Source: Hypanus sabinus
Lineage: Eukaryota
DNA length: 64,000 bases
Assembly: GCF_030144855.1 (NCBI RefSeq)
Contig: NC_082714.1
Span: 96,038,001 to 96,102,000 of the forward strand
Direction: 5' to 3'
This document shows, in pieces, positions 23,400 to 37,400 of the stretch. The notes under the pieces are model-generated. The model saw only the letters and a program-made list of their open reading frames with translations. It ran no database searches and was not told the DNA's origin. Within the stretch, counting starts at the first letter, position 1. The number at the start of each line of letters is the position of its first letter. A program made the translations under genes and the position numbers.

Positions 23400-26300
23400 G
23401 CAGAGGCGAGGGTAGGTTCCGGTAAGTTTCTGTTTTCTTCTCTTTTTTGTTGTTCAAACTAGAGAAAATGCCAAGCAAGATGTTGGAATGCTCATCTTGC
23501 AGAATGTGGGAAGTCAGGGAGACCTCAGGTGTCCCTGACAATGATACTTGCAAGAAGTGCATCCAGCTGCAGCTCCTAACAGATCGCGTTAGGGAACTGG
23601 AGCAGGAGCTGGATGACCTCCGGATCATTCGGGAGATCGAGCAGTTTATAGATAGTAGCTTTAGGGAGGTAGTTACACCTAAGGAACAGGGCGCAGGTAA
23701 TTGGGTTACCGTCAGGCGAGGGAAGGGGAAAGGGCAGGTAGTGCAGTGTTCCTCTCCAAAACAGGTATACCGATTTGGATACTGTTATCGGGGTTGGCAT
23801 ACCTGGGAAAGCTCTGACACTGTGGCGGGTTCTGCAGTGCAGAAGAGCGGGAGGAAGAAGAGGAGAGCGGTAGTGTTAGTGGACTCAATAGTCAGGGGTA
23901 CAAACAGGAGATTCTGTGGTCGTGACAGAGACTCCCGGATGGTTTGTTGCCTCCCGGGTGCCAGGGTCAGAGATGTCGCTGATCGCATGCACAGCATTCT
24001 GAGATGGGAGGGTGATCAGCTAGATGTCATGGTACACATCGGTACCAATGACATAGGTAGAAAGAGTGAGGAGGTCCTGAAGAGTGAGTACAGAGAGCTT
24101 GGTAGGAAGTTGAAAAACAGAACCTCGAGGGTAGTAATCTCCGGATTGCTGCTTGTGGCACGTACCAGTGAGGGTAACAGTAGGATGCTCTGGCAGATGA
24201 ACACGTGGCTGAGAAACTGGTGTAGGGGACAGGGTTTCAGATTTCTAGATCATTGGGACCTCTTCTGGGGCAGGTGGGACCTGTACAAGAGAGATGGCTA
24301 ACACCTGAACTACAAGGGGATCAATATACTTGCAGGGAGTTTGCTAGTGTTATTGGGGAGGGTTTAAACTAAATTTGCAGGGGGATGGGAACCAGAGTGC
24401 CGGAGTAGATAGTGGAACGGGGGTGAAAGTAAATGATGTTAGTAGTTCATGCAAAGTCACAAATTGTAAGGTTGTGTGTGGTGGTAATAATCTTCTGAGG
24501 TGTGTATATTTCAATGCGAGCAGTATTGTACAAAAGGCAGACGAGCTGAGGGCCTGAATTGGCACTTGGGATTATGACATCATAGCCATTACTGAAACTT
24601 GGCTACAGGAGAGGCAGGATTGACAGCTCAGTGTTCCAGGTTTCCGATGTTTCAGACGTGATAGAGGCGGAGGGATGAAGGGTGGGGGTGGCTTTGCTAG
24701 TCAGGCAAAATATTACAGCAGTGCTTCGGCGGTCAGATTAGAGGGCTTGTCTACTGAGGTCATATGGGTGGAGCTGAGAAGCAGGAAAGGTATGACCACA
24801 TTAATAGGGTTGTATCAGAGACCATCCAATAGTCAGCGAGAATTGGAGGAGTAAATCTGCAGAGAGATAACAGACAACTGCAGGAGACAGAAACTTGTGA
24901 TTGTAGGGGATTTTCATCTTCCGCGCATTGATTGGGACTCCCATACTGTTAAAGGTCTAGATGGGTTAGACCTTGTAAAATGTGTAAAATGTGTTCAGGA
25001 AAGTTTTCAAAATCAATATATATACTTTCATCCTCCAACTAGGGAGGATGCAATATTAGATCTCCTATTAGGAAATGAGTTAGGGCAGGTGACAGAAGTG
25101 TGTATAGGGGAACACTTTGGTTCCAGTGATCATAACTCCATTAGTTTGAACTTGATCGTGGATAAAGTTAGATCAGGTCCTCGGATTGAAGTTCTAAACT
25201 GGAAAAAGGCCGAATTTGAAGAAGTGAGAAAGGATCTAAAAAGCGTAGATTGGGACAGGTTGTTCTCTGGCAAGGATATGATTAGTAAGTGAGAGGCCTT
25301 CAAAGGAGAAATTTTGAGAGTGCAGAGTTTGTATGTTCCTGTCAGGGTTAAAGGCAAAATGAATAAGAATAAGGAACCTTGGTTCTCGAGGGATATTGAA
25401 ACTCTGATAAAGAAAAAGAGAGAGATGGATAACATGTATAGGCAACAGGGAGGAAATAAGATACTTGTGGAGTATAAAAAAAGTAAGAAAATACTTAAGA
25501 AAGAAATCAAAAGAGCTAAAAGAAGACATGAGGTTGTTTTGGCAGTGAGGGTGAAGGATAATCCTAAGAGCTTCTAAAGGTATGCTAAGAGCAAAAGGAT
25601 AATAAGGTATAAAATTGGTCCTCTTGAAGATCAGAGTGGTCGGCTATGTATGGAACCAGAAGAAATGGGAGAGATATTAAATGGGTTTTTTGCATCTGTA
25701 TTTACTAAGGAAACTGGAGTGACGTCTATGGAAACAAGGCAAGCAAGTAGGGATGTCATGGAACTTATACAGATTAAAGAGGAGGAGGTGCTTGTTGTCT
25801 TGAGGCAAATCGGAGTAGATAAATCCCCAGGACCTGACAGAGTATTCTCTCGAACCTTGAAGGAGACTAGTGTTGAAATTGTAGGGGCCCTGGCAGAAAT
25901 ATTTAAAATGTCGATATCCACGGGTCAGGTGCAGGTGGATTGGAGGATAGCTCATGTATTTCCGTTGTTTAAAAAAGGCTCAAAAAGTAAGCCGGGAAAT
26001 TACAGGCCGGTAAGTTTGACATCGGTAGTAGGTAAATTATTGGAAGGAATGCCAAGGGATAGGATCTACAAGTATTTGGATAGACAGGGACTTATTAGAA
26101 AAAGTCAGCATGGCTTTGTGCGTGGTAGGTCATGCTTAACCAATCTATTAGAGTTTTTCGAGGAAGTTGCCAGGAAAATGGATGAAGGGAAGGCAATAGA
26201 TGTTGTATACATGGATTCAGTAAGACATTTGACAAGGTCCCGCATGGGAGGTTAGTTAGGAAGATTCAATCGCTAGGTATACATGGATAGGTAGTAAATT

Positions 26301-27384
26301 GGATTAGACATTGGCTCAATGGAAGAAGCCAGAGAGTGATAGTGGAGGATTGCTACTCTGAGTGGAGGCCTGTGACAAGTGGTGTGCCACAGGGAACAGT
26401 GCTGGGTCCATTGTTATTTGTCATCTATATCAATGATCTGGATGATAATGTGGCAAATTGGATCAGCAAATTTGCTAATGATACAAAGATTGGAGGTGTA
26501 GTGGACAGTGAGGAAGGTTTTCAAAGCTTGCAGAGGGATTTGGACCAGTTGGAGGAGTAGGCTGAAAAATGGCAGATGGAATTTAATGCGGACAAGTGTG
26601 AGGTATTGCACTTCGGAAGGTCAAACCAAGGTAGAACATACAAGGTAAATGGTAGGACACCGAGGGGTGCAGTAGAACAGAGGGATCTGGGAGTACAGGT
26701 ACATAATTCCCTAAAATTGAGGTCACAATTAGATAGGGTTGTAAAGAGAGCTTTTGCTACATTGGCCTTTATAAATCAAAGTATTGAGTATAAGAGTTGG
26801 AATGTAATGGTGAGGTTGTATAAGACATTGGTGAGACCGAATTTGGAGTATTGCGTGCAGTTTTGGGCACCTAATTACAGGAAGGATATTAATAAGGTTG
26901 AAAGAGTGCAGAGAAGGTTTACAAGGATGTTGCCGGGACTTCAGAAACTGAGTTACAGAGAAAGGTTGAATGGGTTAGGACTTTATTCCCTGTAGCGTAG
27001 GAGAATGAAGGGTGATTTGATAGAGGTATATAAAATTATAATGGGTATAGATGGAGTGAATGCAAGCAGGCTTTTTCCACTAGGTTGGGAAACTAGGCTA
27101 GGGGAGAAAAAAAACAGAGGACATGGATTAAGGGTGAAGGGGGAAAAGTTTAAAGGGAACATTGGAGGGGGGGCTTTTTCACACAGAGAATGATGACAAT
27201 ATGGAATGAGCTGCCAGATGAAGTGGTGAATGCGGGCTCACTTGTGATATTTAAGAAAAACTTGGACAGGTATGTGGATGAGAGGGGTTTGGAGGGATAT
27301 GGCCCAGGTGCAGGTCAATGGAACTAGGCAGAAAAATGGTTTGGCCTGTTTCTGTGCTGTAATGTTCTATGGTTCTATGGTTCT
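23400..27384 (+). mobile_element. Near full-length CR1 (second family), decayed
   Basis: ORF1 (CSSC..CKKC, HIGTND) at 23468-24370, then EN-RT remnants and a (GTTCTATG)n tail at about 27360-27384. Confidence 0.93.
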
Positions 27385-28714
27385 TTTGTAAGTTTTTCTT
27401 TTCTTCTTGACTAGATTTATTACAGCCTTTGTTTCCCACGGTTCCTGTACCCTACCATAATTTCCTTGTCTCATCGGAACGTACCTATGCAGAACTCCAC
27501 ACAAATATCCCCTGAACAATTGTCACATTTCTTCCATACTTTTCCCTGAGAATATCTTTTTCCAATTTAAACTTCCAATTTCCTGCCTGATAGCCTCATA
27601 ATTCCCCTTACTGCAATTAAACGCTTTTCTAACTTGTCTGTTCCTATTTATCTCCAATGCTATTGTAAAGGAAATAGAATTATGATCACTCTCTCCAAAA
27701 TGCTCTCCCATTGAGAGATCTGGCACCTGACCAGGTTTATTTCCCTATACCAAATCAAGTACAGCCTCTCCTCTTTTGGGTTTATCTATATACTGTGTTA
27801 AGAAACCGTCCTGAACACACCTAACAAGCTCCACTCCACCTAAACCCCATGCTCTAGGGAAATGCCAATCAATATTTGGGAAATTAAAATCTCCCGTCAC
27901 GACAACTCTGTTATTTTTACACCTTTCCAGGATCTGTTTCCATATCTGCTCCACGATATCCCTGTTACTATTAGGCGGCCTTTAAAAAAACACCCAATGA
28001 GGTTGTTGAAACCTTCCTGTTCATAATCTCCACCCACAGAGACTCTGTAGACAATCCCTCCATGGCGTCCACCATTTCTGCAGCTGTGACACTATCTCTG
28101 ATCAACAGGGCCACGCCCCCACCTCTTTTGCCTCCCTCCCTATCCTTTCTGAAACATCTAAAACCCAGCACTTGAAGTAACCATTCCTGTCCCTGAACTA
28201 TCCAAGTCTCTGTAATGGCCACAACATCATATCTCCAAGTACTGATCCACGCTCTAAGCTCATCCGCTTTGTTCACAACATTCCTTGCGTTAAAATAGAC
28301 GCATCTCAAACCTTCGGTCTGAACGGGTCCCTACTCTATCACCTGCCTATGCTCCCTCTCGCAATGTCTACAAGCTTTCTCTATTCGTCAGCCAATCTTC
28401 TCTTCCCTGGTCTCTTCAGTTCGGTTCTCACCCCACATCACTTCTAGTTTAAACTCTTCCCAGTAGACTTAGCAAACCTCCCCGCCAGGATATTGGTCCT
28501 GCTGGCATTCAAGGTCAGCCCGTCCTTTTTGTACAGGTCACAGCTGCCCCAAAAGAGGACCAAGAAATCTGAATCCCTGCCCCCTTCTCCAATCTCTCAG
28601 CCACGCATTGATCCTCCACCTCATTCTATTCCTATTCTCACTGGCGCGTGGCACAGGCAGTAAACCCGAGATTACTACCGTTGCGGTCCTGCTTCTCAAC
28701 TTCCTTCCCAACTC
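27385..28714 (-). mobile_element. CR1 internal fragment (ORF1 end and endonuclease)
   Basis: Minus ORFs CVYFNARN..AITETW and GDFNFPNIDW. Confidence 0.85.
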
Positions 28715-29299
28715 CTGTTTATGTCCTGAAATTTGTTAAATTAGTACCCTATCTTTCAGATTATGAAATCTCATCACATGTTGATTAATCAATTTTTGAA
28801 CCATATCACGTTGCTTCATAGATTCTTCCAAAGATTTGAAAGTGGTTAAATGAATACAGAAAGTTTGATGTTAATAACTCATCTCCTTCTACCTTAGGCC
28901 ACGAACCTATCAATCATCCTTGATGTGGACACTTTCTGGAGGTCCAAGATCCGTATGCTCCACAACTGTTGGACTAAGTGTGTGAATGTAGGAGGGGACT
29001 ATGTAGAAAAAGAAATGTGCTAGTTTTTCTAAAATTGACTCCTTCTACCTTAGGCCATGAACTTATCAATCACCCCATTACACATTTCTAACCCGGATTA
29101 CAAACGTTTTTAGTTCCTATTTTGTGCTACTCTGAGCACCTATTCTGTCATGGAACTCGTTGTTATTTGGTCATTCCAAAAAAAAGCCCGCTCTGCATCG
29201 AAACAAGCATGCTTCTTTTTCATGAAAATGACAGAGTTTTATCTCCCTCATCGTATGAAGATAGTATTAACATGTTAAACAGCTACAAACGACTGTGGA

Positions 29300-29590
29300 G
29301 GCCATTAGATTTATAGTACTTAAAGCGGACGTTGATAGGTTCCTGATTGTTAAAGGCGTTAAAGGTTACGGGGAAATTGCAGGAGAATTGGGTTTGAGAG
29401 AAGTAATGATTGATTCCATTATGGGTATTGGAAGTATTCAGATTGCCCTGAAGAAAATGAATCCAAGGGTTGCATATCTACTTTGATAACCAATTTATTT
29501 TGAACTTTGATGATACAATAGCCATGATGGAATGGTGGCGAAGACTATATGGACCGAATGGCCGATTTCTGCTCCTATATCCTATGCCCT
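29300..29590 (+). mobile_element. CR1 3' tail fragment
   Basis: GCGGACGTTGATAGGTTCCTGATT..GCCATGATGGAATGGTGGCG..GAATGGCCGATTTCTGCTCCTAT. Confidence 0.7.
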
Positions 29591-30654
29591 AATGTTGTAC
29601 GGTTGGAGCTGCGCTTCCTTCTATCTCCTATGGTAACTACTGCAAGTGTTTGTGATTAATGAAATTGAGCATTTCAGTTAATAGCAAAAGCTGTGTTAAG
29701 AAGAATGAAACAAATGTCTTCCGAAATGCACCCCCCCCCTCCGCCCCCGCAACCCCACCGTCTGCACTCAGTTCCCAGTTATTCGATGCTGGCTCATTAG
29801 TCATATAACTTTAACATTAGGTGAAGGAAGCACTGAGAAGTTTGGCCTTTCGGACGGAGGTGAGATTTCAATAGTGTGGAGTGCCTGCTGCATTACTACT
29901 GACCCGAGGTTAGACTCTCTGTGTACTGTAAGAAGGTCTGTTTTTTGAATGAAGTCTTACCCTGGCTATGGAGACGGTGTCCTCTGGATGAGAGGGTTGA
30001 CCCATGAGCAGATACTGAGAGGGATGCGCCTCAGTCTTTGCAACTAAGGAAAATGAAAGGCAGATGCGTTTAAAGTCCGGATACTGAATGAACTAACAGA
30101 GTACATAAGATGTGAAACTGAGGACTCTCTGCCTCCCTCCCAGAGATCTGCTGATATTTAATCACGACAAAGTTGCAGACGGGGATCGATATGCGCTTGG
30201 AAACTGAGAGATTCCAAGGAAATGAGAATAAAGCCAGACGGTTCTGCAGCGACCCTCAGTCATGAACTTTTTGAAAGAGGAGCGGATTCCCGGAGCCACC
30301 GCTGGGTTGTTCAGCGTTTATGTGTCCAGGAATGTAATCAGTATATGAAATTTCATAGATTGCTTCTTTCTCCTGTGGTAACTAGTGCAAGTGTTTGTGA
30401 TGAAAGAAACGGTGCATTTCCCTAAATAGTAATGGCTGTGTTCAGAAGCATGTATATATACATTCCATGTTGTCATGTTCATGTGAAAGACCATAGTGTG
30501 CTGCGTTCAGTTTCAACGAATGAGAGAGACTGCAAGCGCTCGAATCCAACCCGGCTGATATCCGAATGTTTTCCTGAACACGGATCTCACTCCGACTACC
30601 CGCTAACTGCTATGTATTTATCAGAGTTGTGACAGTCAGCACCGACTCATCACC

Positions 30655-30665
<11 letters not shown>

Positions 30666-30699
<34 letters not shown>
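30666..30699. repeat. (AC)n microsatellite
   Basis: Direct inspection. Confidence 0.95.
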
Positions 30700-30701
<2 letters not shown>

Positions 30702-31379
30702 GTTTGTCTTTTAGAACGTTTAATCGCCAAAATATTTAATATGACTTTTGAAAGAAAGCTTTTTCTGAAAATAGGTACATCTTAGAGATTAAGTCAAGTC
30801 AAGTCGTCACTTTTATTGTCATTTCGACCATAACTGCTGGTACAGTGCACAGTAAAAATGAGACAACGTTTTTCAGGACCATGGTGTTACATGACTCAAT
30901 ACAAAAAAAAACTAGACTGCGCTATGTAATAAAAAAACAACACAAAGAAAGCTACACTGGACTACAGACCTACACAGGACTGCATAAAGAGCACAAAACT
31001 AGTGCAGGCATTACAATAAATAATAAACAGGACAGTAGGGCAAGGCGTCAGTCCAGGCTTCGGGTATTGAGGGGTCTGATGGCTTGGGGGAAGAAACTGT
31101 TACATAGTTAAACATAGTTAACTGTTAAACTTAATTCTGAGACTTTGCCACTGATTGCACTGTCTCAATGGACAAAACTTTAAAATCGCCACCCGGCTCT
31201 TTCCTTCCCTATCCGGGCCCCAGTGACCGCACCACCTGCACCGCTTAACAAACAAGACAGAAACAGCATCAATTTGTGTAACTGTAGCTAAATAAAGGCT
31301 GTGCAAACACCGCCCGGTCCCCACGGGGATATGACGGAGTTCACATCTGCATCAGTGTCACTCGCAGACACAGACTGAC

Positions 31380-31712
31380 CGACTCTGTGAACCATCGTCA
31401 GCGCTGGGTTAATTGGACTGAGCAGTGTCTCATGGTCTGCTTTGGGGGAACAGACAAATGTCCGAGTTCATCACGAAATGATTTAAGATCTGAGATGACT
31501 GCTCCCCTAAATAGTGTTCGCGTCCCTGAACTAACTTCACTCAGACAAAGATATAGAAGGGAAAAGGGACGACATTCGTCCCTCGAACCCCAATACCAGT
31601 TCAAACAACACATTTCGGACCCTCGATTGCAGCTTCCCTTTTCGGCACCTTCCTAATCTCCTCCAATTCTCACCATCAAAACTACGTGAGATAATTTTAC
31701 TTCAAAGTCCTC
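31380..31712 (-). pseudogene. Candidate heavily decayed Ig V-like exon
   Basis: 333-nt segment between CAG and GTCAGT. Frames give FEVKLSHVVLMVRIGGD, a Cys, LNWY, VISDLK, xRTFVC and PALTMV. Needs several frameshifts. Confidence 0.3.
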
Positions 31713-31989
31713 CTGATCGGAGTATCAATTAAATAGTGAATCCCAAAAAAATCAGCCCCACCCAATGATAAAAAATATATATAATTTCTGTCCAAAGTGA
31801 GACAACACGCCCGGAAAAGAGAACGTTACTCCAATGTCGCTGTGGTGGAGGTAGTCTCCTATTTACCGTCTATTTTGTCGGAACTCCACTTTGCTCACCA
31901 AACATAGAATATTGTTGCGTATCTAAGAAAGGATGTATTGGAGGAGTTCCGAAGAAGTTCATGAAAATGAGCCCGAGAACGAAAGGGTT

Positions 31990-32310
31990 AACCATAGAAC
32001 CATGGAACGTTACAGCGCAGAAACAGGCCTTTTGGCCCTTCTTGGCTGTGCTGAAGCATTTTTCTGCCTCGTCCCACGGGCTTGCATCTGGCCCATATCC
32101 CTCCATACACCTCTCATCTAGGTACCTGTCCACGTTTTTCTGAAATGTTAGAAGTGAGCCTGCATTTACCACTTCATCTGGCAGCTCATTCCACACTCTC
32201 ACCACTTTCTGTATGAAGAAGCTCCCCCCCCCCAATGTTCCCTTTAAACTTTCCCCCCTTCGCCCTTAACCCATGTCTACTGGTTCTTTTCTTCCCTAGC
32301 CTCAGTGGAA
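31990..32310 (-). mobile_element. CR1 3' fragment
   Basis: Peptide FFIQKVVRVWNELPDEVVNAG; tail (CCATAGAA)n; same family as the tail at 27200-27384. Confidence 0.85.
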
Positions 32311-32329
32311 AAAGTCTGAACGTATGAAG

Positions 32330-32770
32330 TGAGCTTGTATCTCTGTCTATATACTCTCTGGAGTTTAGAAGAATGAGACAATGGGTATCTTATTGAAACT
32401 TACTGAATATTAAAAGGAGTAGATAAAATGGAACTGGAGAGGATGTGTCCTATCGTAGCCTACTCTAAAACCAGCGGGTAGAATCTCAGAATAACAGCAC
32501 GTCTCTTTGGAACTGAGACGAGGAAAAAGTTCTTTAGGCAGACGGTAGTGAGTCTGTGAACTTCATTGCCATAGTGACGGCAGAGGCCAAGTTATTGGAA
32601 TGTTTAAAGCGGAGGTTGACAGGCTGTTAATTAGTAAGGGCGTCAAAGATTACAGGGAGAAGACAGGAGAATGTGATTGAGAAGGATAATAAATCAGGAA
32701 TCAATGAATGGCGGAGTAGAACCGATAGATCGAGCAGCATAATTCTGCATTTCTGTCTTATGGTCTTATA
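32330..32770 (+). mobile_element. CR1 3' fragment
   Basis: GAGTTTAGAAGAATGAGA..CTTATTGAAAC..GTAGTGAGTCTGTGAAC..GAATGGCGGAG motifs. Confidence 0.75.
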
Positions 32771-34249
32771 GTCTTGAGTCGCCTCTCATTTTCAATTTCA
32801 AGCTAAGCAAGCCTGTGACGGCTGCCTTTACTTAAGGGACACAGCTGACAGCCCAGCCCGTGCAGGCCTACTGGATAGATTTGTGTAAGTGTCTCTTTGA
32901 GGGGAGAGATAAAGCAACTGGACTCCGCACAACCTGAAGTTGACATGGATAACTGGTTATCTTTAGAACATTTTAAATATCCACCCAACTATTAGGGATT
33001 ATGAGGGGAAATTGATAGAACCATAGAACCATACAACCATAGAACACTACAGCAAACAAAGCAAGCTATGCGGATTCTCAAAAAAAATCCAATACTGTCA
33101 CTCCATGTTTCACCGAGGTCTCATCGCCGGGGTACTAAGCTGCTCACAGTTTCCCGGTTCTGCGCACTACATGCACTCTGAATTATGCTTTATAAACTGA
33201 GTTTGGCAATATCCTGTTTTATGTGCTGTATGGTATATGTTTTGTGGGTGCACAATGGTTCGGTAGAGCGTTGTTTCCTTTGGCTGGGTATATGTACAGT
33301 CAGATGACAAAAAAGCTTGAAACTGAACTTGAGTTTGAAATCAGAACGAACCAACTTACTTCAGCTGGAACTGATCAAACATTGACGACGAACCACGTAA
33401 GGAAGCACTCGACTAGGCTTGACAGAAAGATGGACCTTAAAAACTAAGTATCGAAGGTAAACGTTAAGGAAGCTGGATTGATAAACTTAGAGCGCACTGC
33501 TTAACATCTCAAATACAATCTTGATCAGTTGAGCAATTAAATCTGAGGAAAAAATATTCATGCTCAGTGGATGCAAAGATCTTTAGCGAGATAGTGGTGG
33601 GTTCTGGGGCTAGAGAAAGAGGGCCCATTCGCTCTGGAAAAAATTTCTGATGCAGACTGACGATAATAGAAGAAAATATGGCTCCTGTGCTGTAGAAATA
33701 TTGCAGAGCTGATTGGGAACTCCATCATTAACAGAGCCGAGCTGTTGCTTGACGCAGGACATTCATCCTCTTGTCAGAGCAACTAAACCACAGTGACTGG
33801 TGTGTCCAATTATGTTTTAAATATAATACCTCTCATCTGCGATGACACTGGTGTGCATCAGGACATAGTCACCATAGTTCAACCAGCTTTAAATGACATA
33901 AAATGGGACAGAAAGTTTATTATCACATTTACCAACGACATAAAATAGAGTATTATAGTGGCAATATAGATAAGAATTGTGTTTCAAACCAGTTTGCTAA
34001 TGTCCGGAAAATCTCTGACAGGTGACCGCTAACAGAACCAAGCATGAGGTCACAGGACTAAAATACTCAGAACCTTGGAGGAGAGGAGAATCGACAGAAT
34101 TACGCACCACAACTAAGGACGGCAGGTTGGCGCTGGAGTCAGAGCAATCTACGGGTTGACGTGGTAAAGGTGGAGAGGACTCGATAATCGTTGATTCCTG
34201 TGGATGTCAGGTTTAGCCTTTCGTTATACGGATTCTGGATATTTGGACC

Positions 34250-34326
34250 ACCGGTTAATCGGGGTAGCCGCTTATTTGGGCCAACATGTACTGGTCACGA
34301 CATGTCCTAATTAACCAGAATCCACA
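34250..34326. mobile_element. Possible pogo/Tigger-type MITE terminus
   Basis: Starts CCGGTTAATCGGG and ends CCTAATTAACCAGAATCCAC (imperfect inverted copies). Family assignment is from memory only. Confidence 0.3.
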
Positions 34327-34489
34327 TCTCTCTCTTGAGTGGACATAAATAAAATAACGGATTGCAAATATTGCATCTTTGAGGAACTAAAGTACATATT
34401 TCAGGCGATGTGTACTTTAATGGCACAGAGGTCAAATAGAATTGCCTGAAATGATAAGAAGAGCATTGGACCAAAGGAAAAGTGTTTTA

Positions 34490-37400
34490 CTTTTCTTTTT
34501 CAATCTTTTTATTGAGTTTCATATATATATAAGAAAAAACATAACATAATAATGAATAGGTTATAAATACAATAGACTTGAAATTACATTAGTAATAGGA
34601 TAATAATATCCTATTAAACATCAACAAAAAAAAGTACATTAATCAATCAAGTCTATATAAATATATATGAAAAAAATCAAAAATCGTCATCAAAAGAAAA
34701 GGAAAAAAAATTGAAAATATATAAAAGAGAATATATATTGAAAAAAACTCTAAACTAAACTAACATGGGCAATAATAACAGTTTATAAGTATATGATAGT
34801 GTCAAAAAAAAACTCCGGAACTCCATACCTGAACAAGAATAAGAGGAGAGAAGGTCTGAAAAAGGCCAAATTAATTCATATGAAAATGTCGAATGAACGG
34901 TCCCCAGGTTTCTTCAAATTTAATTGATGAGTCAAAAATAGTGCTTCTAATTTTTTCCAAACTCAGATAAGAAATAGTTTGAGAAAACCACTGAGACGTG
35001 GTAGGAGGATTTACTTCTTTCCAGTTTTGTAATATAGACCTTCTGGCCATTAATGTTACAAAAGCAATCATTCGTCTAATTGGAGGGGAATACTGATTAC
35101 CATCCTCATTTGGTATACCAAAAATTGCAGTAATAAAATGAGGTTGTAAATCGATATTCCAAATTGAGGAAATGGCACCAAATATGTCCTTCCAATAGTT
35201 ATGTAAAGTGGGACATGACCAAAACATGTGGGTCAATGAAGCCACTTCTAAATGACATCTGTCACATTGAGGGTTAATATGAGAATAGAATCGAGCAAGC
35301 TTATCTTTAGACATATAAGCTCTATGTACAATTTTAAATTGTATTAAAGCATGTTTAGCACATATAGAAGAGGAATTAACCATTTGTAAAAATTTTTCCC
35401 ATTTATCTGTTGATATATTGTATCGAAGTTCTTTTTCCCATTCTTGTTTAATTCTATCTGATATTTCTGGTTGTATCTTCATAATCATGTTATAAATAAA
35501 AGCTACTAATCCCTTCTGACAAGGATTAAAGGTGAAAATCAAATCTGAGAAATCCAATGGAGTTGAATTGGGAAAAGATGGTAGAACTTTATGTAAGAAA
35601 TTTCTAATTTGTAAGTATCTAAAAAAATTAGATTTAGGTAATTTAAATTTGTTGGAGAGTTGGTCAAAAGACATTAAAGTACCTTCAAAAAAAAAGATCA
35701 CGAAAACATTTTATACCTTTCCTTTTCCATATGCTAAAAGCTTGATCTGTCAATGAAGGTTTGAAAAAAAATTAAGTAAAATAGGGCTATCAAGAACAAA
35801 GTTTTTCAGAGTAAAAAACTTACGAAATTGAAACCAAATTCGTAGTGTATGTTTAATAACAGGATTAGATATCTGTTTATTGAATTTAACTAAATCAGCA
35901 GGAAGAAAAGAACCAAGAACGGAGAATATAGAATATCCCTTTACCTCACTACATTCCAAATTTACCCACTGTGGATACAATGGTGAGTCCAAATCTAGTT
36001 TCCAATACGTTAGGTTACGAATATTATTCGCCCAATAGTAAAATCTAAAGTTAGGTAAAGCTAAACCACCATTTTTTTAGATTTTTGTAATTGCCTTTCA
36101 GTTAACCTGGGGTTTTTATTTTGCCACACAAATGAGGAAATTTTTGAATCAATGTTGTCAAAAAAAGATTTAGGAATAAAAATTGGTAAGGCTTGAAATA
36201 AATATAAAAATTTCGGTAAAATCATCATTTTAATAGCATTAATCCGACCAACTAATGATAGGAATAAGGGAGACCATCTTGTAGTAAATTGTTGAATTTG
36301 ATGAAGCATAGGTAAAAAAAAATTCAGTCTAAATAAATCTTTATATTTCCTGGTGATTTTTATACCTAAATAGATAAAGTTATCAGTAACAACTTTAAAT
36401 GGTATCCTGTCATTCAATAAGGTTTGCGCGTTTAAAGGGAATAATTCACTCTTATCTAAGTTTAATTTATAACCAGAAAAACTACCAAATTGAGCCAACA
36501 AGGATAAAATATATATATATATAGAAATATATAACAGCAAATCATCAGCATAAAGTGATAATTTGTATAACTTCTCATTACGGGTGATACCAAAAATATT
36601 AGGAGATTCACGAATAGCAATGGCTAAAGGTTCTAATGCAATATTAAATAATAAAGGACTTAAAGGACAACCTTGTCTCGTACCACGAGATAATTGAAAA
36701 AAAGAGGATCTATAATTATTTGTAAGAACAGAAGCAACAGGTTTATAATATATTAATTTAATCCATGATATAAAATTAGGACTAAAATTAAAGTTTCTCA
36801 ATGCATTAAATAAGTATGTCCATTCAACTCTATCAAAAGCTTTTTCAGCATCTAATGAGATAACACATTCTGGGATTGTGGGTGATGAAGTATAAATTAT
36901 ATTAATCAATTTTCTAATATTAAAAAAGGAATACCGATTCCTAATAAAACCAGTTTGATCTTCTGAAATAATCTGTGATAGTATCTTTTCTAATCGAATG
37001 GCTAAAATTTTTGTAAGAATCTTAGAATCTACATTTAATAATGATATAGGGCGATAAGATGCACATAAAGTAGGATCTTTATCTTTTTTAAGAATTAGAG
37101 AAATAGTAGCTTCATAGAAAGATTGAGGTAATCTCTTCTTAACAAACGCATCATTAAAGATTTCACATAACCAAGGAGAAAGCAAAGAAGAGAAAGTTTT
37201 AAAAAATTCTACAATATAACCATCAGGGCCAGGAGCTTTCCCTGAATTCATTGATGAGATAGCCTCTCTTATTTCGGCCATAGAGATAGGAGCATCAAGC
37301 AAGCTACGATCTTCATCTATCAGTTTCGGAATATTCAAATTGTTAAAAAAATTATCCATCATGGACAGGTCACCATCAAATTCTGATTGATATAAAGATT

